Shown here piece after piece: positions 53,101-64,000 of a stretch of 64,000 nt of DNA. The translations under genes were made by a program, and so were the position numbers. This stretch comes from Eledone cirrhosa (lineage: Eukaryota): assembly GCA_964016885.1 (NCBI GenBank), contig OZ024762.1:30070001-30134000 (forward strand), read 5' to 3'. Positions within the stretch are counted from its first letter, which is position 1, and the number at the start of each line of letters is the position of its first letter. The notes below the pieces were generated by a model that saw nothing but the letters and a program-made list of their open reading frames with translations, ran no database searches and was not told where the DNA came from.

Positions 53101-56100
53101 CTAGATGTCAGAAGTAACTCCAATGTTGGTGAGAATTGATTTAAGTCATGGTACTAGCTGTCAGAAGTAACTCCACTGTTGGTGAGAATTCATTTAAGTT
53201 CATGGTATTAGCTGTCAGAAGTAACTCCACTGTTGGTGAGAATTCATTTAAGTTCATGGTATTAGCTGTCAAAAGTAACTCCACTGTTGGTGAGAATTCA
53301 TTTAAGTTCATTGTACTAGCTGTCAGAAGTAACTCCAATGTTGGTGAGAATTCATTTAAGTTCATGGTATTAGCTGTCAGAAGTAACTCCACTGTTGGTG
53401 AGAATTCATTTAAGTTCATGGTATTAGCTGTCAGAAGTAACTCCACTGTTGGTGAGAATTCATTTAAGTTCATGGTACTAGCTGTCAGAAGTAACTCCAC
53501 TGTTGGTGAGAATTCATTTAAGTTCATGGTATTAGCTGTCAGAAGTAACTCCACTGTTGGTGAGAATTCATTTAAGTCATGGTATTAGCTATCAGAAGTA
53601 ACTCCATTGTTGGTGAGAATTCATTTAAGTCATGGTACTAGCTGTCAGAAGTAACTCCACTGTTGGTGAGAATTCATTTAAGTCATGGTACTAGCTGTCA
53701 GAAGTAACTCCACTGTTGGTGAGAATTCATTTAAGTTCATGGTACTAGCTGTCAGAAGTAACTCCACTGTTGGTGAGAATTCATTTAAGTTCATGGTATT
53801 AGCTGTCAGAAGTAACTCCATTGTTGGTGAGAATTCATTTAAGTCATGGTACTAGCTGTCAGAAGTAACTCCACTGTTGGTGAGAATTCATTTAAGTTCA
53901 TGGTATTAGCTGTCAGAAGGAACTCCACTGTTGGTGAGAATTCATTTAAGTTCATGGTACTAGCTGTCAGAAGTAACTCCAATGATGGTGAGAATTCATT
54001 TAAGTTCATGGTATTAGCTGTCAGAAGGAACTCCACTGTTGGTGAGAATTCATTTAAGTTCATGGTATTAGCTGTCAGAAGTAACTCCACTGTTGGTGAG
54101 AATTCATTTAAGTTCATGGTATTAGCTCACAGAAGTAACTCCACTGTTGGTGAGAATTCATTTAAGTCATGGTATTAGCTGTCAGAAGTAACTCCAATGT
54201 TGGTGAGAATTCATTTAAGTTCATGGTACTAGCTGTCAGAAGTAACTCCACTGTTGGTGAGAATTCATTTAAATTCATGGTATTAGCTGTCAGAAGTAAC
54301 TCCACTGTTGGTGAGAATTCATTTAAGTCATGGTATTAGCTGTCAGAAGTAACTCCAATGTTGGTGAGAATTCATTTAAGTTCATGGTACTAGCTGTCAG
54401 AAGTAACTCCACTGTTGGTGAGAATTCATTTAAATTCATGGTATTAGCTGTCAGAAGTAACTCCACTGTTGGTGAGAATTCATTTAAGTCATGGTATTAG
54501 CTGTCAGAAGTAACTCCATTGTTGGTGAGAATTCATTTAAGTCATGGTATTAGTTGTCAGAAGTAACTCCAATGTTGGTGAGAATTCATTTAAGTTCATG
54601 GTACTAGCTGTCAGAAGTAACTCCACTGTTGGTGAGAATTCATTTAAGTTCATGGTATTAGCTGTCAGAAGTAACTCCACTGTTGGTGAGAATTCATTTA
54701 ATTCATTGTATTAGCTGTCAGAAGTAACTCCATTGTTGGTGAGAATTCATTTAAGTCATGGTACTAGCTGTCAGAAGTAACTACACTGTTGGTGAGAATT
54801 CATTTAAGTTCATGGTATTAGCTGTCAGAAGGAACTCCACTGTTGGTGAGAATTCATTTAAGTTCATGGTACTAGCTGTCAGAAGTAACTCCAATGTTGG
54901 TGAGAATTCATTTAAGTTCATGGTATTAGCTGTCAGAAGGAACTCCACTGTTGGTGAGAATTCATTTAAGTTCATGGTATTAGCTGTCAGAAGTAACTCC
55001 ACTGTTGGTGAGAATTCATTTAAGTTCATGGTATTAGCTGTCAGAAATAACTCCACTGTTGGTGAGAATTCATTTAAGTCATGGTATTAGCTGTCAGAAG
55101 TAACTCCAATGTTGGTGAGAATTCATTTAAGTTCATGGTATTAGCTGTCAGAAGTAACTCCACTGTTGGTGAGAATTCATTTAAGTTCATGGTATTAGCT
55201 GTCAGAAGTAACTCCACTGTTGGTGAGAATTCATTTAAGTTCATGGTACTAGCTGTCAGAAGTAACTCCACTGTTGGTGAGAATTCATTTAAGTTCATGG
55301 TATTAGTTTGTCAGAAGTAACTCCACTGTTGGTGAGAATTCATTTAAGTCATGGTATTAGTTGTCAGAAGTAACTCCAATGTTGGTGAGAATTCATTTAA
55401 GTTCATGGTACTAGCTGTCAGAAGGAACTCCACTGTTGGTGAGAATTCATTTAAGTTCATGGTATTAGCTGTCAGAAGTAACTCCACTGTTGGTGAGAAT
55501 TCATTTAAGTCATGGTATTAGCTGTCAGAAGTAACTCCAATGTTGGTGAGAATTCATTTAAGTCATGGTACTAGCTGTCAGAAGTAACTCCAATGTTGGT
55601 GAGAATTCATTTAAGTTCATGGTATTAGCTGTCAGAAGGAACTCCACTGTTGGTGAGAATTCATTTAAGTTCATGGTATTAGCTGTCAGAAGTAACTCCA
55701 CTGTTGGTGAGAATTCATTTAAGTTCATGGTACTAGCTGTCAGAAGTAACTCCACTGTTGGTGAGAATTCAGTTAAGTTCATGGTACAGCTGTCAGAAGT
55801 AACTCCACTGTTGGTGAGAATTCAGTTAAGTTCATGGTATTAACTGTCAGAAGGAACTCCACTGTTGGTGAGAATTCATTTAAGTTCATGGTATTAGCTG
55901 TCAGAAGTAACTCCACTGTTGGTGAGAATTCATTTAAGTTCATGGTACTAGCTGTCAGAAGTAACTCCACTGTTGGTGAGAATTCATTTAAGTTCATGGT
56001 ACTAGCTGTCAGAAGTAACTCCACTGTTGGTGAGAATTCATTTAAGTCATGGTATTAGCTGTCAGAAGTAACTCCATTGTTGGTGAGAATTCATTTAAGT

Positions 56101-56699
56101 CATGGTATTAGCTGTCAGAAGTCACTCCACTGTTGGTGAGAATTCATTTAAGTTCATGGTATTAGCTGTCAGAAGGAACTCCACTGTTGGTGAGAATTCA
56201 TTTAAGTTCATGGTACTAGCTGTCACAAGTAACTCCACTGTTGGTGAGAATTCATTTAAGTTCATGGTACTAGCTGTCAGAAGTAACTCCAATGTTGGTG
56301 AGAATTCATTTAAGTCATGGTACTAGCTGTCAGAAGTAACTCCACTGTTAGTGAGAATTCATTTAAGTTCATGGTATTAGCTGTCAAAAGTAACTCCATT
56401 GTTGGTGAGAATTCATTTAAGTTCATTGTACTAGCTGTCAGAAGTAACTCCAATGTTGGTGAGAATTCATTTAAGTTCATGGTATTAGCTGTCAGAAGTA
56501 ACTCCACTGTTGGTTAGAATTCATTTAAGTTCATGGTATTAGCTGTCAGAAGTAACTCCACTGTTGGTGAGAATTCATTTAAGTTCATGGTACTAGCTGT
56601 CAGAAGTAACTCCACTGTTGGTGAGAATTCATTTAAGTTCATGGTATTAGCTGTCAGAAGTAACTCCACTGTTGGTGAGAATTCATTTAAGTCATGGTA

Positions 56700-59600
56700 T
56701 TAGCTATCAGAAGTAACTCCATTGTTGGGGAGAATTCATTTAAGTCATGGTACTAGCTGTCAGAAGTAACTCCACTGTTGGTGAGAATTCATTTAAGTTC
56801 ATGGTATTAGCTGTCAGAAGTAACTCCACTGTTGGTGAGAATTCATTTAAGTTCATGGTATTAGCTGTCAGAAGGAACTCCAATGTTGGTGAGAATTCAT
56901 TTAACTTCATGGTATTAGCTGTCAGAAGTAACTCCACTGTTGGTGAGAATTCATTTAAATCATGGTATTAGTTGTCAGAAGTAACTCCAATGTTGGTGAG
57001 AATTCATTTAATTTCATGGTACTAGCTGTCAGAAGTAACTCCACTGTTGGTGAGAATTCATTTAAGTTCATGGTATTAGCTGTCAGAAGTAACTCCACTG
57101 TTGGTGAGGATTCATTTAAGTCATGGTATTAGCTGTCAGAAGTAACTCCATTGTTGGTGAGAATTCAGTTAAGTTCATGGTATTAGTTGTCAGAAGTAAC
57201 TCCACTGTTGGTGAGAATTAATTTAAATCATGGTATTAGTTGTCAGAAGTAACTCCAATGTTGGTGAGAATTCATTTAATTTCATGGTACTAGCTGTCAG
57301 AAGTAACTCCACTGTTGGTGAGAATTCATTTAAGTTCATGGTATTAGCTGTCAGAAGTAACTCCACTGTTGGTGAGAATTCATTTAAGTCATGGTATTAG
57401 CTGTCAGAAGTAACTCCATTGTTGGTGAGAATTCATTTAAGTCATGGTACTAGCTGTCAGAAGTAACTCCACTGTTGGTGAGAATTCATTTAAGTTCATG
57501 GTACTAGCTGTCAGAAGTAACTCCACTGTTGGTGAGAATTCATTTAAGTTCATGGTACTAGCTGTCAGAAGTAACTCCACCGTTGGTGAGAATTCATTTA
57601 AGTTCATGGTATTAGCTGTCAGAAGTCACTCCAATGTTGGTGAGAATTCATTTATGTTCATGGTATTAGCTGTCAGAAGTAACTCCACTGTTGGTGAGAA
57701 TTCATTTAAGTTCATGGTATTAGCTGTCAGAAGTAACTCCACTGTTGGTGAGAATTCATTTAAGTTCATGGTATTAGCTGTCAGAAGTAACTCCACTGTT
57801 GGTGAGAATTCATTTAAGTCATGGTACTAGCTGTCAGAAGGAACTCCACTGTTGGTGAGAATTCATTTAAGTTCATGGTATTAGGTGTCAGAAGGAACGC
57901 CACTGTTGGTGAGAATTCATTTAAGTTCATGGTATTAGCTGTCAGAAGTAACTCCACTGTTGGTGAGAATTCATTTAAGTTCATGGTACTAGCTGTCAGA
58001 AGTAACTCCAATGTTGGTGAGAATTCATTTAAGTTCATGGTATTAGCTGTCAGAAGGAACTCCACTGTTGGTGAGAATTCATTTAAGTTCATGGTATTAG
58101 CTGTCAGAAGTAACTCCACTGTTGGTGAGAATTCATTTAAGTTCATGGTACTAGTTGTCAGAAGTAACTCCACTGTTGGTGAGAATTCATTTAAGTTCAT
58201 GGTATTAGTTGTCAGAAGTAACTCCACTGTTGGTGAGAATTCATTTAAGTCATGGTATTAGTTGTCAGAAGTAACTCCAATGTTGGTGAGAATTCATTTA
58301 AGTTCATGGTACTAGCTGTCAGAAGTAACTCCACTGTTGGTGAGAATTCATTTAAGTTCATGGTATTAGCTGTCAGAAGTAACTCCACTGTTGGTGAGAA
58401 TTCATTTAAGTCATGGTATTAGCTGTCAGAAGTAACTCCATTGTTGGTGAGAATTCATTCAAGTCATGGTACTAGCTGTCAGAAGTAACTCCACTGTTGG
58501 TGAGAATTCATTTAAGTTCATGGTATTAGCTGTCAGAAGTAACTCCACTGTTGGTGAGAATTCATTTAAGTTCATGGTACTAGCTGTCAGAAGTAACTCC
58601 AATGTTGGTGAGAATTCATTTAAGTTCATGGTATTAGCTGTCAGAAGGAACTCCACTGTTGGTGAGAATTCATTTAAGTTCATGGTATTAGCTGTCAGAA
58701 GTAACTCCACTGTTGGTGAGAATTCATTTAAGTTCATGGTACTAGTTGTCAGAAGTAACTCCACTGTTGGTGAGAATTCATTTAAGTTCATGGTATTAGC
58801 TGTCAGAAATAACTCCACTGTTGGTGAGAATTCATTTAAGTCATGGTATTAGCTGTCCGAAGTAACTCCAATGTTGGTGAGAATTCATTTAAGTTCATGG
58901 TATTAGCTGTCAGAAGTAACTCCACTGTTGGTGAGAATTCATTTAAGTTCATGGTATTAGCTGTCAGAAGTAACTCCACTGTTGGTGAGAATTCATTTAA
59001 GTTCATGGTACTAGCTGTCAGAAGTAACTCCACTGTTGGTGAGAATTCATTTAAGTTCATGGTATTAGTTTGTCAGAAGTAACTCCACTGTTGGTGAGAA
59101 TTCATTTAAGTCATGGTATTAGTTGTCAGAAGTAACTCCAATGTTGGTGAGAATTCATTTAAGTTCATGGTACTAGCTGTCAGAAGGAACTCCACTGTTG
59201 GTGAGAATTCATTTAAGTTCATGGTATTAGCTGTCAGAAGTAACTCCACTGTTGGTGAGAATTCATTTAAGTCATGGTATTAGCTGTCAGAAGTAACTCC
59301 AATGTTGGTGAGAATTCATTTAAGTCATGGTACTAGCTGTCAGAAGTAACTCCAATGTTGGTGAGAATTCATTTAAGTTCATGGTATTAGCTGTCAGAAG
59401 GAACTCCACTGTTGGTCAGAATTCATTTAAATCATGGTATAAGTTGTCAGAAGTAACTCCAATGTTGGTGAGAATTCATTTAAGTTCATGGTACTAGCTG
59501 TCAGAGGTAACTCCACTGTTGGTGAGAATTCATTTAAGTTCATGGTATTAGCTGTCAGAAGTAACTCCACTGTTGGTGAGAATTCATTTAAGTTCATGGT

Positions 59601-62600
59601 ACTAGCTGTCAGAAGTAACTCCACTGTTGGTGAGAATTCATTTAAGTCATGGTATTAGCTATCAGAAGTAACTCCATTGTTGGTGAGAATTCATTTAAGT
59701 CATGGTACTAGCTGTCAGAAGTAACTCCACTGTTGGTGAGAATTCATTTAAGTTCATGGTACTAGCTGTCAGAAGTAACTCCACTGTTGGTGAGAATTCA
59801 TTTAAGTTCATGGTACTAGCTGTCAGAAGTAACTCCACTGTTGGTGAGAATTCATTTAAGTTCATGGTACTAGCTGCCAGAAGTAACTCCACTGTTGGTG
59901 AGAATTCATTTAAGTTCATGGTATTAGCTGTCAGAAGTAACTCCACTGTTGGTGAGAATTCATTTAAGTCATGGTATTAGCTGTCAGAAGTAACTCCATT
60001 GTTTGTGAGAATTCATTTAAGTCATGGTACTAGCTGTCAGAAGTAATTCCACTGTTGGTGAGAATTCATTTAAGTTCATGGTATTAGCTGTCAGAAGGAA
60101 CTCCACTGTTGGTGAGAATTCATTTAAGTTCATGGTACTAGCTGTCAGAAGTAACTCCAATGTTGGTGAGAATTCATTTAAGTTCATGGTATTAGCTGTC
60201 AGAAGGAACTCCACTGTTGGTGAGAATTCATTTAAGTTCATGGTACTAGCTGTCAGAAGGAACGCCACTGTTGGTGAGAATTCATTTAAGTTCATGGTAT
60301 TAGCTGTTAGAAGGAACTCCACTGTTGGTGAGAATTCATTTAAGTTCATGGTACTAGCTGTCAGAAGTAACTCCACTGTTGGTGAGAATTCATTTACGTT
60401 CATGGTATTAGCTGTCAGAAGTAACTCCACTGTTGGTGAGAATTCATTTAAGTTCATGGTATTAGCTGTCAGAAGTAACTCCACTGTTGGTGAGAATTCA
60501 TTTAAGTCATGGTATTAGCTGTCAGAAGTAACTCCATTGTTGGTGAGAATTCATTTAAGTCATGGTACTAGCTGTCAGAAGTAACTCCACTGTTGGTGAG
60601 AATTCATTTAAGTTCATGGTATTAGCTGTCAGAAGGAACTCCACTGTTGGTGAGAATTCATTTTAGTTCATGGTACTAGCTGTCAGAAGTAACTCCAATG
60701 TTGGTGAGAATTCATTTAAGTTCATGGTATTAGCTGTCAGAAGGAACTCCACTGTTGGTGAAAATTCATTTAAGTTCATGGTATTAGCTGTCAGAAGTAA
60801 CTCCACTGTTGGTGAGAATTCATTTAAGTTCATGGTATTAGCTGTCAGAAGTAACTCCACTGTTGGTGAGAATTCATTTAAGTCATGGTATTAGCTGTCA
60901 AAAGTAACTCCATTGTTGGTGAGAATTCATTTAAGTTCATTGTACTAGCTGTCAGAAGTAACTCCAATGTTGGTGAGAATTCATTTAAGTTCATGGTATT
61001 AGCTGTCAGAAGTAACTCCACTGTTGGTGAGAATTCATTTAAGTCATGGTATTAGCTATCAGAAGTAACTCCATTGTTGGTGAGAATTCATTTAAGTCAT
61101 GGTACTAGCTGTCAGAAGTAACTCCACTGTTGGTGAGAATTCATTTAAGTTCATGGTATTAGCTGTCAGAAGTAACTCCACTGTTGGTGAGAATTCATTT
61201 AAGTTCATGGTATTAGCTGTCAGAAGGAACTCCACTGTTGGTGAGAATTCATTTAACTTCATGGTATTAGCTGTCAGAAGTAACTCCACTGTTGGTGAGA
61301 ATTCATTTAAATCATGGTATTAGTTGTCAGAAGTAACTCCAATGTTGGTGAGAATTCATTTAATTTCATGGTACTAGCTGTCAGAAGTAACTCCACTGTT
61401 GGTGAGAATTCATTTAAGTTCATGGTATTAGCTGTCAGAAGTAACTCCACTGTTGGTGAGAATTCATTTAAGTCATGGTATTAGCTGTCAGAAGTAACTC
61501 CATTGTTGGTGAGAATTCAGTTAAGTTCATGGTATTAGTTGTCAGAAGTAACTCCACTGTTGGTGAGAATTAATTTAAATCATGGTATTAGTTGTCAGAA
61601 GTAACTCCAATGTTGGTGAGAATTCATTTAATTTCATGGTACTAGCTGTCAGAAGTAACTCCACTGTTGGTGAGAATTCATTTAAGTTCATGGTATTAGC
61701 TGTCAGAAGTAACTCCACTGTTGGTGAGAATTCATTTAAGTCATGGTATTAGCTGTCAGAAGTAACTCCATTGTTGGTGAGAATTCATTTAAGTCATGGT
61801 ACTAGCTGTCAGAAGTAACTCCACTGTTGGTGAGAATTCATTTAAGTTCATGGTACTAGCTGTCAGAAGTAACTCCACTGTTGGTGAGAATTCATTTAAG
61901 TTCATGGTACTAGCTGTCAGAAGTAACTCCACCGTTGGTGAGAATTCATTTAAGTTCATGGTATTAGCTGTCAGAAGTCACTCCAATGTTGGTGAGAATT
62001 CATTTATGTTCATGGTATTAGCTGTCAGAAGTAACTCCACTGTTGGTGAGAATTCATTTAAGTTCATGGTATTAGCTGTCAGAAGTAACTCCACTGTTGG
62101 TGAGAATTCATTTAAGTCATGGTACTAGCTGTCAGAAGGAACTCCACTGTTGGTGAGAATTCATTTAAGTTCATGGTATTAGCTGTCAGAAGGAACGCCA
62201 CTGTTGGTGAGAATTCATTTAAGTTCATGGTATTAGCTGTCAGAAGTAACTCCACTGTTGGTGAGAATTCATTTAAGTTCATGGTACTAGCTGTCAGAAG
62301 TAACTCCAATGTTGGTGAGAATTCATTTAAGTTCATGGTATTAGCTGTCAGAAGGAACTCCACTGTTGGTGAGAATTCATTTAAGTTCATGGTATTAGCT
62401 GTCAGAAGTAACTCCACTGTTGGTGAGAATTCATTTAAGTTCATGGTACTAGTTGTCAGAAGTAACTCCACTGTTGGTGAGAATTCATTTAAGTTCATGG
62501 TATTAGTTGTCAGAAGTAACTCCACTGTTGGTGAGAATTCATTTAAGTCATGGTATTAGTTGTCAGAAGTAACTCCAATGTTGGTGAGAATTCATTTAAG

Positions 62601-63780
62601 TTCATGGTACTAGCTGTCAGAAGTAACTCCACTGTTGGTGAGAATTCATTTAAGTTCATGGTATTAGCTGTCAGAAGTAACTCCACTGTTGGTGAGAATT
62701 CATTTAAGTCATGGTATTAGCTGTCAGAACTAACTCCATTGTTGGTGAGAATTCATTCAAGTCATGGTACTAGCTGTCAGAAGTAACTCCACTGTTGGTG
62801 AGAATTCATTTAAGTTCATGGTATTAGCTGTCAGAAGTAACTCCACTGTTGGTGAGAATTCATTTAAGTTCATGGTACTAGCTGTCAGAAGTAACTCCAA
62901 TGTTGGTGAGAATTCATTTAAGTTCATGGTATTAGCTGTCAGAAGGAACTCCACTGTTGGTGAGAATTCATTTAAGTTCATGGTATTAGCTGTCAGAAGT
63001 AACTCCACTGTTGGTGAGAATTCATTTAAGTTCATGGTACTAGTTGTCAGAAGTAACTCCACTGTTGGTGAGAATTCATTTAAGTTCATGGTATTAGCTG
63101 TCAGAAATAACTCCACTGTTGGTGAGAATTCATTTAAGTCATGGTATTAGCTGTCCGAAGTAACTCCAATGTTGGTGAGAATTCATTTAAGTTCATGGTA
63201 TTAGCTGTCAGAAGTAACTCCACTGTTGGTGAGAATTCATTTAAGTTCATGGTATTAGCTGTCAGAAGTAACTCCACTGTTGGTGAGAATTCATTTAAGT
63301 TCATGGTACTAGCTGTCAGAAGTAACTCCACTGTTGGTGAGAATTCATTTAAGTTCATGGTATTAGTTTGTCAGAAGTAACTCCACTGTTGGTGAGAATT
63401 CATTTAAGTCATGGTATTAGTTGTCAGAAGTAACTCCAATGTTGGTGAGAATTCATTTAAGTTCATGGTACTAGCTGTCAGAAGGAACTCCACTGTTGGT
63501 GAGAATTCATTTAAGTTCATGGTATTAGCTGTCAGAAGTAACTCCACTGTTGGTGAGAATTCATTTAAGTCATGGTATTAGCTGTCAGAAGTAACTCCAA
63601 TGTTGGTGAGAATTCATTTAAGTCATGGTACTAGCTGTCAGAAGTAACTCCAATGTTGGTGAGAATTCATTTAAGTTCATGGTATTAGCTGTCAGAAGGA
63701 ACTCCACTGTTGGTCAGAATTCATTTAAATCATGGTATAAGTTGTCAGAAGTAACTCCAATGTTGGTGAGAATTCATTTA
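56700..63780. repeat. Tandem duplication, ~4.3 kb (80-81 monomers), domain D
   Basis: CCACCGTTGG 57577/61929 (offset 4352), CATTCAAG 58456/62754 and AGCTGTCCGA 58851/63149 (offset 4298). GGTCAGAAT and GGTATAAGTT also pair at 4298. The copies differ by one monomer and several SNPs. Confidence 0.88.
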
Positions 63781-64000
63781 AGTTCATGGTATTAGCTGTC
63801 CGAAGTAACTCCAATGTTGGTGAGAATTCATTTAAGTTCATGGTATTAGCTGTCAGAAGTAACTCCACTGTTGGTGAGAATTCATTTAAGTTCATGGTAT
63901 TAGCTGTCAGAAGTAACTCCACTGTTGGTGAGAATTCATTTAAGTTCATGGTACTAGCTGTCAGAAGTAACTCCACTGTTGGTGAGAATTCATTTAAGTT

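Larger units (their letters stand above)
1..64000. repeat. Tandem satellite DNA array, 54/53-bp EcoRI-bearing monomer (~1,190 copies, head-to-tail, one orientation)
   Basis: The consensus AGTAACTCCACTGTTGGTGAGAATTCATTTAAGTTCATGGTATTAGCTGTCAGA (54 nt, 20 G+C) recurs from base 1 to 64000. Copies typically differ by 0-3 substitutions or a 1-bp indel. The array runs off both ends of the window. Confidence 0.99.

Noticed and set aside
83-63976. The many short ORFs on both strands as real genes
   Set aside because: All are translations of the same 18-codon monomer. They start and stop at 1-bp indels or point variants, have no unique sequence or recognisable domain, and overlap on both strands.
1-64000. 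CRISPR array or other repeat-spacer locus
   Set aside because: There are no unique spacers. The whole 54-bp unit is conserved and variation is limited to SNPs and 1-bp indels. There are no cas genes or leader.
1-64000. Tandem RNA gene cluster (tRNA, 5S, snRNA, spliced leader, miRNA)
   Set aside because: The unit is very short. I see no cloverleaf, Pol III internal promoter boxes with a consistent T4 terminator, or stable hairpin. Only weak 3-4 bp stems (CCA...TGG, CCAA/TTGG) are present.
1-64000. Single frameshifted giant repeat-protein gene (mucin/adhesin-like) obscured by sequencing errors
   Set aside because: The 1-bp deletions recur at identical positions in duplicated HOR copies and are linked to specific SNPs, so they are real heritable variants and not random errors. 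In-frame stops (TTTTAG, GGTTAG, AATTAA) also occur.
1-64000. Synthetic concatemer or rolling-circle artefact suggested by the EcoRI site in every unit
   Set aside because: Nested, ordered variant patterns at kb scale, including EcoRI-destroying variants shared between duplicates, indicate evolutionary history and not ligation or amplification.
1-64000. Telomeric repeat, CENP-B box or embedded transposon/inversion
   Set aside because: I see no canonical telomere motif. The consensus lacks the CpGs required for the CENP-B box (TTCG....A..CGGG). No non-monomer or reverse-orientation sequence was seen.

Overview
The whole 64 kb window is one uninterrupted, single-orientation tandem satellite array. 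Its monomer is AT-rich (~37% GC), has no CpG and is 54 bp long: AGTAACTCCACTGTTGGTGAGAATTCATTTAAGTTCATGGTA[T/C]TAGCTGTCAGA, with one EcoRI site per unit. A 53-bp variant (AAGTTCATG > AAGTCATG or AAATCATG) makes up roughly a quarter of units, and there are about 1,190 monomers in all. I see no unique sequence, genes, RNA genes, transposon insertions, CRISPR spacers or inversions. All listed ORFs are read-throughs of the 18-codon monomer, broken by the 1-bp deletions, and I do not call them genes. The real information lies in the order of variant monomers, which shows nested higher-order repeats (HORs). Domain A (~1-23 kb) has ~2.37-kb, ~2.96-kb and ~7.3-7.5-kb periods. Domain B (~23-39 kb) has 483, 644, 1664 and 6280-bp periods. 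Domain C is a near-identical 6,719-bp tandem duplication with a nested 1,076-bp duplication. Domain D (~55-64 kb) has a ~4.3-kb period and returns to a domain-A-like haplotype. This is most consistent with eukaryotic centromeric, pericentromeric or other heterochromatic satellite DNA. The sequence alone does not identify the organism or the function, and I found no evidence of a new protein-coding system.
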